Source: an uncultured Fibrobacterota bacterium
Lineage (GTDB): Bacteria > Fibrobacterota > Chitinivibrionia > Chitinivibrionales > FEN-1185
Direction of reading: 5' to 3'
Length of the DNA stretch: 64,000 bases
Assembly: GCA_963753345.1 (NCBI GenBank)
Contig: CAVWBU010000031.1
Location: 1-64,000, forward strand
Below the pieces are notes generated by a model that was not told the origin of the DNA, did no database searches, and saw nothing but the letters and a program-made list of their open reading frames with translations. How positions within the stretch are numbered: the stretch's first letter is position 1; each line of letters begins with the position of its first letter. Made by a program: the position numbers and the translations under genes. Of this stretch, positions 63,632-64,000 are shown one piece after another.

Positions 63632-64000
63632 GCCAATGATAAAGCAATTTCTTATAAGACATATTATTAAGGCACAGGACTTGAAGGGATTCGCACTTGT
63701 GAAGAAACTGAATAACAGCACCATGGAAAGTGCATTCTCTCGGATCACAGCAAGAAGACATGCAATCAATACCGCAATCGATGTCGGGGCATCGGATGGA
63801 AGTTGGACTCATTCCGGCAAGCAGATCTCGTATTTATCAAGGAAGACAGGCCCGAATTTGCTTATTCTAATTACAAATACCTGGGAAAGATGAATCCTTA
63901 AGGAGGGCTGTGAGATTCAGGATTATAACACCTTGTTTCAACGCCGAACGCTTTATCCAGGACACGCTCGATAGCGTCCTTGGGCAGAAAGGCGATTTCT
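63632..64000 (+). CDS. Start of another FkbM-like methyltransferase (disrupted or partial)
   Basis: TAIDVGASDGSW motif; the reading frame breaks down afterwards. Confidence 0.45.

Overview
A 64-kb bacterial chromosomal segment. The SprA homologue, the T9SS-type C-terminal domains and the yicC-rpoZ-coaBC-udg-dnaB-radA synteny suggest an FCB-group, Fibrobacterota/Chitinivibrionia-like organism (inference). 1-8.7 kb is a decayed island next to the 3' end of tRNA-Arg(ACG). It carries secreted CAZyme/esterase genes, an RNB nuclease, two copies of a small HTH gene and a truncated tyrosine integrase. 9-42 kb is mostly GC-rich core genes: htrA, radA, an MlaF ATPase fused to a degenerate GGDEF domain, mlaE, dnaB, udg, coaBC, rpoZ, yicC, tRNA-Met, GH2, tilS, ftsH, folP, an FGE-domain protein, sprA, rng, rplU, rpmA and wzz. 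From 39.6 to 52.5 kb, unrelated single genes are separated by a family of modular, co-oriented, highly structured intergenic elements (here called modules A, T, C, D and B). 52.5-64 kb is an AT-rich Wzm/Wzt glycan locus rich in methyltransferases. The two most notable signals are the modular repeat architecture and the MlaF-GGDEF fusion, whose intact RxxD site suggests a c-di-GMP receptor. Several single-base frameshifts may be assembly errors.
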